64,000 bases of DNA, taken from NCBI GenBank assembly GCA_964411555.1, contig CAYPLF010000002.1:15334-79333 (forward strand). Reading direction: 5' to 3'. Source of the DNA: an uncultured Bacteroidales bacterium. Its GTDB lineage: Bacteria; Bacteroidota; Bacteroidia; Bacteroidales; UBA1402. Below, in pieces: positions 54,032-64,000 of this stretch. The translations under genes were made by a program, and so were the position numbers. The notes below the pieces were generated by a model. The model worked only from the letters and a program-made list of their open reading frames with translations, did no database searches and was not told where the DNA came from. Position 1 is the first letter of the stretch. Each line of letters opens with the position of its first letter.

Positions 54032-57000
54032 ATGGTTAATTATTTATCTCCTATTGGGTTGTATGATCCCGAATTTGAGCACGATGCCTGCGGTGTAGGA
54101 TTTGTGGCTCGTATTACGGGTGAACGCACGCACGACATTGTGGAAAGCGGACTCCAGGTACTCGAGAACATGGTTCATCGGGGAGCAGAAGGTGCTGACC
54201 AGAAGACAGGGGATGGGGCCGGTATCCTGGTTCAAATTCCCCATGAGTTTATCCTGTTGCAAGGTATTCCCGTACCGGAGCGCGGTCATTACGGAACCGG
54301 ACTGGTGTTTTTCCCGCGCGTCAAACAGGAAGCCGACCTGTGCATGGAAATGCTTGTCTCGATTCTTAAGGCAGAAGGACTTACGTTGTTGCAGGTCAGG
54401 GATGTTCCTGTAAACAGCGACATTCTTGGAGTCATTTCCCGATCGAATGAACCGGTTATCCGTCAAATCGTGGTTACCGGACCCGGCAAGCCCGATGAAC
54501 TGGAGCGTAGCCTGTACATCGCCCGCAAGAAAGTGGAAAAAGCGGCCGCCCAATCCGTATTGACCGAGAAGCGCAACTTTTATATCGTAAGCCTTTCAAC
54601 CAAGAAAATGGTCTATAAAGGCATGCTCAGTTCCACGCAACTGAGGGCTTACTTCCCAGACTTGAGCCATCCGAACTTTACTTCGGCCATTGCGCTGGTG
54701 CACTCCCGCTTCAGCACCAACACCTTCCCCACCTGGGATTTGGCACAGCCATTCCGGTTGTTGGGACACAACGGTGAAATCAACACCATCAAGGGCAACC
54801 GTTTCTGGATGCAAGCCCGTGAAAGCGTGCTCAAATCGGAGGTGCTGGGCAACCTGGACGAACTTTACCCCGTTCTGCAACCGGGCATGAGTGATTCGGG
54901 TTCGTTGGACAACATGCTGGAATTTTTGGTTATGGCGGGCAAATCCCTGCCTCAGGCCTTATCCATGTTGGTCCCTGATTCCTGGAACGACAAAAACCCC
55001 ATCCCTGACAAACTGAAAGCCTATTACGAATATTACAGCACCATGATGGAACCCTGGGATGGTCCCGCCACCCTGTTGTTCTCCGATGGACGCTATGCCG
55101 GTGGCATGCTGGACCGCAATGGTCTGCGTCCCGCCAGGTATTTGATTACAACTGACGACGTCATGATTGTGGCCTCTGAAACCGGAGTCCAAGCTATTCC
55201 AGCAGAAAAGGTCCGTGAGAAAGGTCGCTTGAAACCTGGCAAGACCCTGATGGTCGATACGAAAGAACACCGCGTCTATTACGATGCTGAATTGAAGGAT
55301 ACCATCGCTTCCGAACATCCCTACCGCGAGTGGTTGGAAAAGAACCGCATCAAGCTCGATGATTTGTCGTCCGGTCGTGAGGTGAAAAACAACCTGACGA
55401 ATCTGAAAGCCAACATGCAGGCTTTCGGTTATTCGAAAGAAGACATCGAACGAATCATGGTTCCCATGGCCATTGAAGGCAAGGAACCCGTTTCCTCCAT
55501 GGGTAACGATACCCCCATTGCCGTACTTTCCGACAAACCACAACGCTTGTTTGCCTACTTTCGCCAGTTGTTTGCGCAAGTAACCAATCCCCCCATCGAC
55601 CCCATCCGCGAAGAGCTGGTCATGTCGTTGACCGGATTCATCGGTGCCCACCAGGCCAACTTGCTGGAACCAAGTGCTGAGCACTGCAAGGTGGTCAAGC
55701 TGAAAAGCCCTGTCATTACCAACCGCGAGTTCGACATCCTGAAAAATATCCGTTACAAACGGTTCTCTTCCGTTGAATTGCCCATGCTGTTTCCGGCATC
55801 CGGTGGTACGAAAGCCTTGGAAAAAGCAGTCAACAGCCTGTGTATCAAGGCGGAGGAAGCGGTGGAAAACGGGCATAATTACCTGATTCTAACCGACAGG
55901 GGCGTGAATGCCGAATTGGTGGCCATTCCCTCCCTTCTGGCTGTATCGGCTGTCCATCACCACCTCATCGAATGCAGGAAACGCATGCAGATCGACATCG
56001 TGGTGGAAAGTGCCGAACCCAGGGAGGTCATGCACTTTGCCCTCTTGTTCGGGTACGGAGCCAGCGTGGTCAATCCCTACATGGCCTTTGCTGTTCTTGA
56101 TGACCAGGTAGCCCGGAAGGAAATCCAGGTGGATTACGAAACAGCCGAAAAGCATTACATCAAGTCCATCAACAAAGGCCTGCTCAAGGTGCTGTCAAAA
56201 ATGGGCATTTCCACCCTGCGCAGTTACCGGGGAGCCCAGATTTTCGAAGCCATCGGTATCAGTTCCAACGTGCTGCACCGCTACTTTGAAGGCACGACCT
56301 CGAAGGTGGAAGGTATAACGCTGGAAGATATTGCCCGCGATGCCATCGAGATGCACAAGGCAGGATTCGGTGTGGAAACGGTGAAAGATATCGAAAACAA
56401 AGGCGTCTATTCCTGGAGAAAAGACGGCGAACTGCATGCCTGGAATCCCGAAACCATTGCCCGTTTGCAGATTGCTACCCGTACCGGTTCCTGGGAAAAA
56501 TTCACCGAATACGTGGATGCGGTCGATCAAAAGGGACATCCCATCTTCCTACGGGATTTCCTGTCATTCAAGACAGATAAACCCATCGATGTGGAACAGG
56601 TGGAACCGGCTTCCGCAATCACCAAGCGCTTTGTAACCGGAGCCATGTCCTATGGTTCCATCAGCCGCGAAGCCCATGAAGCCATGGCTATTGCCATGAA
56701 CATGATTGGAGGAAAGAGCAATACCGGAGAGGGGGGTGAAGACCCCGAACGTTACAAGTTGCGCCCCGACGGAACCAGTACCCGCAGTGCCATCAAACAG
56801 GTTGCCTCCGGTCGGTTCGGCGTTACAGCCGAATACCTGGTCAATGCCGACGAAATACAGATCAAGGTGGCCCAGGGCGCAAAACCCGGTGAAGGCGGAC
56901 AGCTTCCCGGATACAAGGTCGACGAGATCATTGCCAAGACCAGACATTCCATTCCCGGCATATCATTGATTTCACCGCCACCGCACCACGATATTTACTC

Positions 57001-58537
57001 CATTGAGGATTTGGCGCAGTTGATTTTTGACCTTAAAAACGTCAATCCCCAAGCTCGAATCAGTGTGAAACTGGTTTCAGAGAGCGGAGTGGGTACCGTT
57101 GCCGCCGGTGTAGCCAAGGCAAAAGCCGACATGATCCTCATCAGTGGTTGCGAAGGAGGAACAGGGGCTAGCCCATCCAGTTCCATCAAGCACGCCGGCC
57201 TGCCCGTAGAAATCGGTTTGGCCGAAACCCAGCAGACACTGGTGTTGAACGGTTTGAGAGGGCAGATACGTTTACAAACCGACGGACAATTGAAAACAGG
57301 TCGCGATATTGTCATCTCCGCCATGCTGGGCGCCGAAGAATTCGGATTTGCCACCAGCGCCCTGATTGTTTTGGGTTGCGTGATGATGCGCAAGTGCCAC
57401 CTGAACACCTGCCCGGTGGGTGTGGCCACACAAAACGAAGAATTACGGAAGAAGTTTACCGGCAGGTACACCTACCTGGTGAATTTCTTCAATTTTCTAG
57501 CCGAGGACGTCCGTCGTCATTTGGCCGCCATGGGCTTCACCAAGTTGGAAGACATTGTGGGTAGGGCCGATCTGTTGCAGTTTGTCCCCAAGAACGACAA
57601 CCCAAAGATGCAGAAGTTGGATTTCTCGAAGTTGTTGTACACGTTCCCGGCCGATTCGGAGAAAGCCATCCACAACGTCAAACCCCAAACCCACGCCATC
57701 AGCGACGTGCAAGACCGCTCCATCATTGAGTTGGCCATGCCGGCGCTGGAAATGCAAAGTCCCATCCAGTTTACCCGTGAAATACGGAATACCGACAGAA
57801 CGGTGGGAGCCATGCTGAGCGGCGAAGTAGCCAAGCGGTATGGAAATGATGGCTTGCCCAACGATACGATACTGTGCACCTTCAAAGGTTCAGCCGGACA
57901 AAGTTTCGGTGCCTTCCTGGCTAAAGGTATCACCTTCCGGCTGGAAGGCGATGCCAACGATTACCTGGGTAAGGGCTTGTCGGGCGGACGCATTGTGGTT
58001 GTTCCTCCTGTAGGAACCACGTTCAATCCGCACGAAAATATCATAGCCGGCAATACCCTGATGTACGGAGCCACCAGTGGAGAAGTCTACATAAACGGTC
58101 AAGTGGGCGAACGTTTCTGCGTCCGCAACTCAGGTGCGGTCGCAGTGGTTGAAGGAGCCGGAGACCATTGCTGCGAGTATATGACCGGTGGCCGTACCGT
58201 TGTGCTTGGTAAAACAGGCCGCAACTTTGCAGCCGGTATGTCCGGTGGTATTGCTTACGTGTTGGATGAAGACGGCGACTTCGATTTCTTCTGCAACATG
58301 CAGATGGTAGAATTATCGTTAGTGGAAGATATGGCCGACAACCGCGAACTGCGCAACATCATCGCCGCGCACTACCGGTACACCCAAAGCCCGAAAGCCC
58401 GCCACATCCTCGACAATTGGAACGAATACGTGGAAAAATTCATCCGTGTCATCCCCATTGAATACAAGAAGGTGCTGCACGATGAAAAGATTGAAGCTGT
58501 CAAGAAAAAAATTGCTCAAGTAGAATACGACTATTGA
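54032..58537 (+). CDS. gltB: Glutamate synthase large subunit
   Basis: 1501 aa. The N-terminal amidotransferase has the Cys in EHDACGVGF. The FMN/Fe-S domain (ISPPPHHDIYSIEDL, C..M..CHLNTCPVG) and the C-terminal GXGXG beta-helix domain follow. Confidence 0.95.
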   Translation: MVNYLSPIGLYDPEFEHDACGVGFVARITGERTHDIVESGLQVLENMVHRGAEGADQKTGDGAGILVQIPHEFILLQGIPVPERGHYGTGLVFFPRVKQEADLCMEMLVSILKAEGLTLLQVRDVPVNSDILGVISRSNEPVIRQIVVTGPGKPDELERSLYIARKKVEKAAAQSVLTEKRNFYIVSLSTKKMVYKGMLSSTQLRAYFPDLSHPNFTSAIALVHSRFSTNTFPTWDLAQPFRLLGHNGEINTIKGNRFWMQARESVLKSEVLGNLDELYPVLQPGMSDSGSLDNMLEFLVMAGKSLPQALSMLVPDSWNDKNPIPDKLKAYYEYYSTMMEPWDGPATLLFSDGRYAGGMLDRNGLRPARYLITTDDVMIVASETGVQAIPAEKVREKGRLKPGKTLMVDTKEHRVYYDAELKDTIASEHPYREWLEKNRIKLDDLSSGREVKNNLTNLKANMQAFGYSKEDIERIMVPMAIEGKEPVSSMGNDTPIAVLSDKPQRLFAYFRQLFAQVTNPPIDPIREELVMSLTGFIGAHQANLLEPSAEHCKVVKLKSPVITNREFDILKNIRYKRFSSVELPMLFPASGGTKALEKAVNSLCIKAEEAVENGHNYLILTDRGVNAELVAIPSLLAVSAVHHHLIECRKRMQIDIVVESAEPREVMHFALLFGYGASVVNPYMAFAVLDDQVARKEIQVDYETAEKHYIKSINKGLLKVLSKMGISTLRSYRGAQIFEAIGISSNVLHRYFEGTTSKVEGITLEDIARDAIEMHKAGFGVETVKDIENKGVYSWRKDGELHAWNPETIARLQIATRTGSWEKFTEYVDAVDQKGHPIFLRDFLSFKTDKPIDVEQVEPASAITKRFVTGAMSYGSISREAHEAMAIAMNMIGGKSNTGEGGEDPERYKLRPDGTSTRSAIKQVASGRFGVTAEYLVNADEIQIKVAQGAKPGEGGQLPGYKVDEIIAKTRHSIPGISLISPPPHHDIYSIEDLAQLIFDLKNVNPQARISVKLVSESGVGTVAAGVAKAKADMILISGCEGGTGASPSSSIKHAGLPVEIGLAETQQTLVLNGLRGQIRLQTDGQLKTGRDIVISAMLGAEEFGFATSALIVLGCVMMRKCHLNTCPVGVATQNEELRKKFTGRYTYLVNFFNFLAEDVRRHLAAMGFTKLEDIVGRADLLQFVPKNDNPKMQKLDFSKLLYTFPADSEKAIHNVKPQTHAISDVQDRSIIELAMPALEMQSPIQFTREIRNTDRTVGAMLSGEVAKRYGNDGLPNDTILCTFKGSAGQSFGAFLAKGITFRLEGDANDYLGKGLSGGRIVVVPPVGTTFNPHENIIAGNTLMYGATSGEVYINGQVGERFCVRNSGAVAVVEGAGDHCCEYMTGGRTVVLGKTGRNFAAGMSGGIAYVLDEDGDFDFFCNMQMVELSLVEDMADNRELRNIIAAHYRYTQSPKARHILDNWNEYVEKFIRVIPIEYKKVLHDEKIEAVKKKIAQVEYDY

Positions 58538-58538
58538 T

Positions 58539-59960
58539 ATGGGAAATCCAAAAGCATTTTTAACCATAGACCGCAAGGAAGCCGGTTATCGGCCTGTTCA
58601 CGAGCGGAAAACCGATTTTGGCGAGGTGGAACAAACCTTGAGCAACGCTGACCGCATGCTCCAGGCTTCCCGCTGCATGGATTGCGGCGTTCCCTTCTGC
58701 CATTGGGCCTGTCCGTTGGGCAACAAGATGCCTGAATACCAGGATTTGTTGTACAAAGGAAAATGGAAGGAAGCCTACGAGATACTCAGCGAAACCCTTG
58801 ATTTTCCAGAGTTCACCGGTCGCGTTTGTCCGGCGCTGTGCGAAAAATCGTGTGTGCTGAACATTGACCACAAGGCAGTAACCATCCGAGAAAATGAAGC
58901 GGCGGTAACCGAAAGAGCCTGGTCGGAAGGCTGGATAGTACCCAATCCTCCCCATACACGCTCCGGAAAGAAAGTGGCCGTAATTGGCAGCGGACCTGCC
59001 GGTTTGGTGGCAGCCAACCGCTTGAACCGCTTAGGACATGAGGTCACCGTATTTGAAAAGGATCCGGCCATCGGAGGACTCTTGCGTTTCGGTATCCCCA
59101 ATTTTAAGTTGAACAAAACTGTCATCGACAGGCGGTTGGCTTTATTGGAAGCCGAAGGCATCCATTTTGTGACGAACACAAAGGTTGGGAAAGATGTAAC
59201 CCTCGACACACTGAAGAAAGACTACGATGTCGTTTGTTTGGCCATGGGCGCAGGTGTGGCCAGGGATTTGCCCGTGGAAGGCCGCGACATGAAGGGCATT
59301 CACCTGGCCATGGAGTTGTTGTCACAGCAAAACCGTCAGTTGGTGGGTTTACCACTGGAACATGAACCCATTTCGGCCAAAGGCAAGCACGTGTTGGTTA
59401 TTGGAGGAGGTGATACGGGTTCCGATTGCGTAGGCACCTCAAACCGTCACGGTGCGACACAGGTAACACAAATTGAATTGTTGCCACAACCCCCCACCGG
59501 CGACAACCCCCAAACCCCCTGGCCCTACTATCCCAACATCCTGAAAACATCCTCTTCACACGAGGAAGGCTGCGAACGCCGTTGGAGTTTGACGACAAAA
59601 CGGTTTATTGGAAAAGATGGTCAGGTAACCGGAGCCGAAGTAATTACCGTTGAATGGGTCAAGGAGCCTGAAACAGGAAGAATGCTCATGAAGGAAGTTG
59701 GCAAGCCGGAAATCATCAAGGCTGATTTGGTATTGTTGGCCATGGGTTTCACCCAACCCGAACACGAAGGTTTGCTCGATAAACTGGGTGTTGACTATGA
59801 TGCGAGAGGCAATGTGAAAACCGGAAACAACACCGAATCTTCCGTCAAAGGTGTGTTTGCCGCCGGCGATGTGGCCTCGGGTGCAAGCCTGGTGGTTCGA
59901 GCTATGGCATCAGGACGTCAAATGGCCAAATCGGTACATGATTTTTTAAGCGGAAAATAG
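58539..59960 (+). CDS. gltD: Glutamate synthase small subunit (NAD(P)H-dependent)
   Basis: CMDCGVPFC and CPLGN Fe-S motifs, VAVIGSGPAGL dinucleotide fold and FAAGD. The start is 1 nt after the gltB stop. Confidence 0.93.
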   Translation: MGNPKAFLTIDRKEAGYRPVHERKTDFGEVEQTLSNADRMLQASRCMDCGVPFCHWACPLGNKMPEYQDLLYKGKWKEAYEILSETLDFPEFTGRVCPALCEKSCVLNIDHKAVTIRENEAAVTERAWSEGWIVPNPPHTRSGKKVAVIGSGPAGLVAANRLNRLGHEVTVFEKDPAIGGLLRFGIPNFKLNKTVIDRRLALLEAEGIHFVTNTKVGKDVTLDTLKKDYDVVCLAMGAGVARDLPVEGRDMKGIHLAMELLSQQNRQLVGLPLEHEPISAKGKHVLVIGGGDTGSDCVGTSNRHGATQVTQIELLPQPPTGDNPQTPWPYYPNILKTSSSHEEGCERRWSLTTKRFIGKDGQVTGAEVITVEWVKEPETGRMLMKEVGKPEIIKADLVLLAMGFTQPEHEGLLDKLGVDYDARGNVKTGNNTESSVKGVFAAGDVASGASLVVRAMASGRQMAKSVHDFLSGK

Positions 59961-59983
59961 ACGCTGTCACATACCTGACAACG

Positions 59984-60036
59984 AACCCACCCTGAAACGA
60001 CTCATACGGGAACTTTCAGGGTGGGTTTGTTGTTTT
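59984..60036 (+). terminator. Intrinsic terminator after gltD
   Basis: 14-bp stem AACCCACCCTGAAA (59984-59997) / TTTCAGGGTGGGTT (60014-60027), followed by TGTTGTTTT. Confidence 0.7.
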
Positions 60037-60108
60037 AAACTGACACAATATTTGTGTATCTATTTCGGGTGTAAACTAAATTTTGTATTATTGTCCAACG
60101 ATTATACC

Positions 60109-63100
60109 ATGAAACACCTTTTCCTTATACTGACGGTTTTTATAGTTGTTGGCCTCAAGGCCGAGAACAGGGTGTTGCATACCCTATACACAAAAGACGA
60201 CGGTTTGTCACAAAACCGGGTTATGGACATTGAACAAGATCAAAAGGGTTTCATGTGGTTTGCCACGTGGGACGGGTTGAACCGTTTTGATGGAAAACAA
60301 TTTCGGATATACAAAGGTCTTCCCGGCGATCCAGAAGGGCCTGACAACAACCGTTTTTTGTCGGTCAAGGCCGACGCCTTCGGATACTTATGGCTATTGA
60401 CAGGGAATGGAGACGTTCATCGATTCAATCCCGAAACAGAAAAATTCCAACGACTATCTTACAATCCGGCTGTCAGATCGGGTATGATTAATCATTCAAT
60501 CAATAGCATCCGGATATTAAAGGAAAACAAGGTTGCGTTATTGTCCATGTGGGGGTGTTATTTGATTCGTATCAACCCGGATGCATCCATTGGAAAATGC
60601 ATTTTCATGAGCAGGGAAAACGGCAAACTGGCCGGTAACAGGGTCGTTGATGTGGATGTTGACGGGAAAAGCGATGTTTGGTTTATCACTTCAACCGGTG
60701 TCACAAATTACAATTACACCTATAACCGTACTCAGCATTTTTTCAACCATCAAAATAACAGGGAGGCTTTCAGGTGCTTACATAAAAGCGGAGGTAGGCT
60801 GTATTTCGGTACGGAGTCCGGAAAGGTGTGGTTCAAAAATGGAGGCGACAATTCATTCAAAGGCAACCAGATTTCAGCATCTTCCCCTGTCGTCGCAATC
60901 AATTCACTACCAGGGAATAAACTAATGCTTGCTACACAGGGTGATGGCTTATATATCGTCAATGCCAATCTGCAAATCTTGAGACACATGACAACAGCCA
61001 CCAACCCGGAATTGGGAAACAACAACGTTCATGCGTTATTACCTGATAATGATGGCTTGATTTGGTTGGACGTTGAAGCAAGCAATTTTGTCTATTTCGA
61101 CCCAAATAAAGACAAGTTGTTCCAGTGTATCAATCCGTCAGCGAAGATACTACCTGCCTCAAACCGTTCGAATATTCGAATAATTGAAGGCAAGGGTGAA
61201 TACATTTGGTTATACTCAAATAGCAGAGGGCTCTTTGCCTGTAACCGGGAAAGCAAAAAAATTCAATCCATCAACATCATGGATAATGCTCTGGGTGCTG
61301 AAAACCTGGGTTTGATGACCGATGCCATGATGGATAGGGATGGAAACGTATGGATCAGTTCAGGAGAACCGCGGTTGGAAAAAATAACAATGGAAGATGA
61401 AAAATTTATGTTTACATCAGTAGCTTCCATTAAACCCCAATTGGATGGATCCGAAGTTCGAACAGTGTTTGAGGATAAGCAGAAACGAATTTGGGTCTGT
61501 GATAAGGAAGGAAAGATTCAATTAATGGATGAAAACCGGCGTACTCTTGGATGGTTGAAGTCTGACGGAACCCTTTCAAAAACAGTCCATCAAACAGACA
61601 TGATGGTATACGATATGATTCAGGACAAGAAAGGGCGCATTTGGATGGCCTGCAAGGGAAAGGGAGTACTTATGTTGCAGGAAAAGAATGGTCTGACTCC
61701 CACTTTTTCAATCCGCCATTTTAACCGAGATAAACCAACAAATCAACTCAGTTCCACTTTGTGCTATGCCTTACTGGAAGACGCAAATGAACAGATTTGG
61801 GTGGGTACATTCGGAGGAGGCCTCAATCTGATAAAAGAAACCAACGATACGTTCAGCGTATTTAATAAATGGAATGGATTGACAACGTATCCGTTGGATA
61901 CCTTTCCCAACATTCGGGATTTGACTGTAGATTTAAAGGGTATCATTTGGGTGGCAACCGATAATGGATTGGTCGCTTTTGATTCACATGTGACTAACCC
62001 AACTAAACTATCGTTTTTAACTTACCGCAGAAACGGACAGATCCCGGGTAGCTTACGAACCAACGATGTACATTGTATCTACGTAGACAGACAAAACAAC
62101 CGCTGGTTTGGTACGTTTGGCGGAGGATTGAATGTGATCAGCGGCGATGTTGAACCGACTAAATCCACTCAATTCCGTTCTTTTACGGAAAAAGACGGCT
62201 TGCCCAGCAATATAATTCTAAGTATTGAAGAAGATTTTCATGGTTTTCTGTGGCTTTTTTCAGAAAACAGCATTACCCGATTTGACACCAAAACACATGC
62301 TACAGATGTGTACAACAAGGATTATGGACTTGATCCTGTGATGTTTGCCGAATCACCCAGCTTGGTTTCACATACGGGTGACATGTATGCAGGAACCATG
62401 AAAGGTTATTATCGGTTTACCCCGTCTACAGTAAAGAAGGCTGGTTTCACCTCCCCCTTATTCTTCACCGGTCTCTATTTATTTGATAAAGAAATTACAC
62501 TCGACGAATCCTTTGGTATTCTGAACAAAAAAATAGACATGGCTGATAAGATTGTCCTGAAAAGAGAACAGTCTGTTTTCAGCCTTGAGTTTGCAGCCCT
62601 TGATTTTAGAGCCCCGGGTAATATACAGTATGCTTACAAACTAGAACCTGTTGACAACGATTGGGTAGCTCTAAACAAAGTAAACCGGGTTACATTTTCG
62701 AGCCTTACTCCGGGAGAGTATACGCTGGTTATCAAATCCACCAACAGTGAAGGGGTGTGGATGAACAACGAAAGACGATTGAAAATTGTGGTCAAACCCT
62801 CGGCGTGGCAAACGGGGTGGGCCATCACCCTATATGCAGCAATCGGTCTCATTATGATGTTGTTCATACACAGGAGAATAATGGAAAGGCTCAAATCCAA
62901 GAGTAAGGTGATGGTGGATAAGAAAGTGGTTGAAGCCAAAAAACAATTCTATTCGGATATGACGCAAGAGCTGCGTATTCCCTTGATGCTGGTTGAGGAT
63001 CCGGTTCAACAGATAGCCGGAGACCCGGGATTGTCTGCCGATTCCAGGAATAATTTGTCCATCATACAGCGTAACATTGACCGCATATCGCATTTGGTCA

Positions 63101-64000
63101 ATCGGATTCTTGACTACCAAAAAAATGCCAACAGGAAGATGGTGTTGATGGTTGAAGAAATTCCTATTGGAGAGGTATGCCAAAAACTTGCGGATCAATT
63201 CAGTACAATCGCCCAGGAACGAGGCATTCGCTTTTTGTTCAATGACGAATCAAATGGTGTTGAGGTATATCTGGATAAAGAAAAATTTGAGACCATACTG
63301 CACATCCTTTTGACCAACGCCATTAAATACACAAAAGGAGACAGCATGGTTTCTTTACATGTGTATCTTGACAATCAGGATGTCGTGGTCAAAGTGGATG
63401 ATGAAGGGATAGGGATTTCAAAAGAAAAACTCGTTTATTTATTTGATAAACAGGAACTAACAGATGAAACAGCCGGTGATCGTCAAATGGGTATTGGACT
63501 GGGTTTGGTCAAAGATTTGGTGGAATTGCATGGAGGTCGTATTCTTGTCAGAAGTCAGGAAGGAGAGGGTACTTCATTTGAGTTGCATTTTATACCCGGA
63601 AAAGATCATTTCTCCGATACGGGTGTCGTGTTTGTCCAGCCGGAGTATTACCCGGGTGAACTAAGCAACAATGAGCAAATCAAATGCATGGATGAGATGC
63701 AAAAGACAGTATCGACTGAGCAGTATCTGTTCGTAGTAGTGGATAATCCGTTGAGGTCTGAGTTGTCAATTGGCACATATTTATCTCATCAATTCAGGGT
63801 TGCAATTATCAGGAACACGCCCATGACATTGAGTGAGATAGAAGGTTTAATGCCCGATTTTGTCATCATTGACCATGAAGTTTCCTCCGATGGAGGGCAG
63901 GGTCTGATCAGTCAATTAAAAGGAAATGAACGCACTTGTCACATTCCAATAATACTGGTTGCAGAAAAAACAGCTGAAGCAATCAATCCGACCAAGTTGC
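60109..64000 (+). CDS. Hybrid two-component system sensor (propeller repeats + Y_Y_Y + TM + HisKA-like + HATPase + receiver); 3' end outside the window
   Basis: This frame is not in the supplied ORF track because it has no stop inside the window. My hand translation from ATG 60109 is stop-free to 64000. It has signal/TM MKHLFLILTVFIVVGL, repeated two-component-regulator-propeller units (GLSQN.V..I.QD..GFMWFAT..GLNRFDG), Y_Y_Y (IQYAYKLEPVDNDW) and TM WAITLYAAIGLIMMLFI. An H-box-like FYSDMTQELRIPL, N-box LLTNAIKYT, G-boxes DDEGIGI and GIGLGL, and a receiver (..DFVIIDHEV..HIPIILVAEK) follow. Confidence 0.85.
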   Translation, partial: MKHLFLILTVFIVVGLKAENRVLHTLYTKDDGLSQNRVMDIEQDQKGFMWFATWDGLNRFDGKQFRIYKGLPGDPEGPDNNRFLSVKADAFGYLWLLTGNGDVHRFNPETEKFQRLSYNPAVRSGMINHSINSIRILKENKVALLSMWGCYLIRINPDASIGKCIFMSRENGKLAGNRVVDVDVDGKSDVWFITSTGVTNYNYTYNRTQHFFNHQNNREAFRCLHKSGGRLYFGTESGKVWFKNGGDNSFKGNQISASSPVVAINSLPGNKLMLATQGDGLYIVNANLQILRHMTTATNPELGNNNVHALLPDNDGLIWLDVEASNFVYFDPNKDKLFQCINPSAKILPASNRSNIRIIEGKGEYIWLYSNSRGLFACNRESKKIQSINIMDNALGAENLGLMTDAMMDRDGNVWISSGEPRLEKITMEDEKFMFTSVASIKPQLDGSEVRTVFEDKQKRIWVCDKEGKIQLMDENRRTLGWLKSDGTLSKTVHQTDMMVYDMIQDKKGRIWMACKGKGVLMLQEKNGLTPTFSIRHFNRDKPTNQLSSTLCYALLEDANEQIWVGTFGGGLNLIKETNDTFSVFNKWNGLTTYPLDTFPNIRDLTVDLKGIIWVATDNGLVAFDSHVTNPTKLSFLTYRRNGQIPGSLRTNDVHCIYVDRQNNRWFGTFGGGLNVISGDVEPTKSTQFRSFTEKDGLPSNIILSIEEDFHGFLWLFSENSITRFDTKTHATDVYNKDYGLDPVMFAESPSLVSHTGDMYAGTMKGYYRFTPSTVKKAGFTSPLFFTGLYLFDKEITLDESFGILNKKIDMADKIVLKREQSVFSLEFAALDFRAPGNIQYAYKLEPVDNDWVALNKVNRVTFSSLTPGEYTLVIKSTNSEGVWMNNERRLKIVVKPSAWQTGWAITLYAAIGLIMMLFIHRRIMERLKSKSKVMVDKKVVEAKKQFYSDMTQELRIPLMLVEDPVQQIAGDPGLSADSRNNLSIIQRNIDRISHLVNRILDYQKNANRKMVLMVEEIPIGEVCQKLADQFSTIAQERGIRFLFNDESNGVEVYLDKEKFETILHILLTNAIKYTKGDSMVSLHVYLDNQDVVVKVDDEGIGISKEKLVYLFDKQELTDETAGDRQMGIGLGLVKDLVELHGGRILVRSQEGEGTSFELHFIPGKDHFSDTGVVFVQPEYYPGELSNNEQIKCMDEMQKTVSTEQYLFVVVDNPLRSELSIGTYLSHQFRVAIIRNTPMTLSEIEGLMPDFVIIDHEVSSDGGQGLISQLKGNERTCHIPIILVAEKTAEAINPTKL

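Noticed and set aside
1-64000. Mobile genetic elements, prophage, defence islands, toxin-antitoxin pairs or restriction-modification genes
   Set aside because: No transposase, integrase, recombinase, phage structural, methyltransferase or known defence-system motifs were recognised in any of the listed ORFs. The window is mostly core metabolism and repair.

Overview
This 64-kb segment reads as core chromosome of a Bacteroidota (Bacteroidales-like) organism. Supporting signs are TAnnTTTG -7 promoter boxes upstream of many genes, a PorQ-like T9SS gene, a DUF1573 protein, type III glutamine synthetase, DapL and a hybrid two-component sensor. I call 49 protein-coding genes (two cut by the window edges) and one tRNA-Ser(GGA). 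I see no rRNA, CRISPR array, transposase, integrase or phage genes. Most content is housekeeping: xseAB-ispD-recG, tpiA, porQ-cmk-ispH, pfkA, thyA-folA, queA, PFOR and dapF-dapL-GSIII-gltBD. The parts that are not ordinary are listed here. (1) A DNA-damage cluster at 10.9-16.3 kb has a radical-SAM/UDG-like pair divergent from lipoprotein-umuD-umuC-SRAP. The umuD-umuC-SRAP block is markedly GC-richer than its flanks. It is followed by twin TTGTTTA-N6-TAAACAA palindromes over the promoter of a DUF4143-type AAA ATPase. (2) A second paralog of that ATPase lies behind topoisomerase III and carries a natural Walker-B DE->DQ change. (3) An AddB-like and an AddA-like gene are separated by a permease and an overlapping V4R-protein/soluble histidine kinase pair. 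(4) A 125-bp element bounded by inverted repeats and packed with hairpins abuts the tRNA-Ser 3' end, next to three perfect 41-bp tandem repeats. (5) A roughly 180-bp imperfect palindrome (rod-like RNA candidate) lies after the PFOR terminator. (6) A 3.9-kb open frame at 60109..64000 is absent from the supplied ORF track because it runs off the window. It encodes a hybrid two-component sensor whose H-box reads TQELRIPL, so the phospho-acceptor His is replaced by Gln. None of these can be called a new system from sequence alone. The best candidates for follow-up are the umuDC-SRAP/operator/ATPase locus and the V4R-kinase pair. All family assignments come from motif recognition by eye, with no database search.
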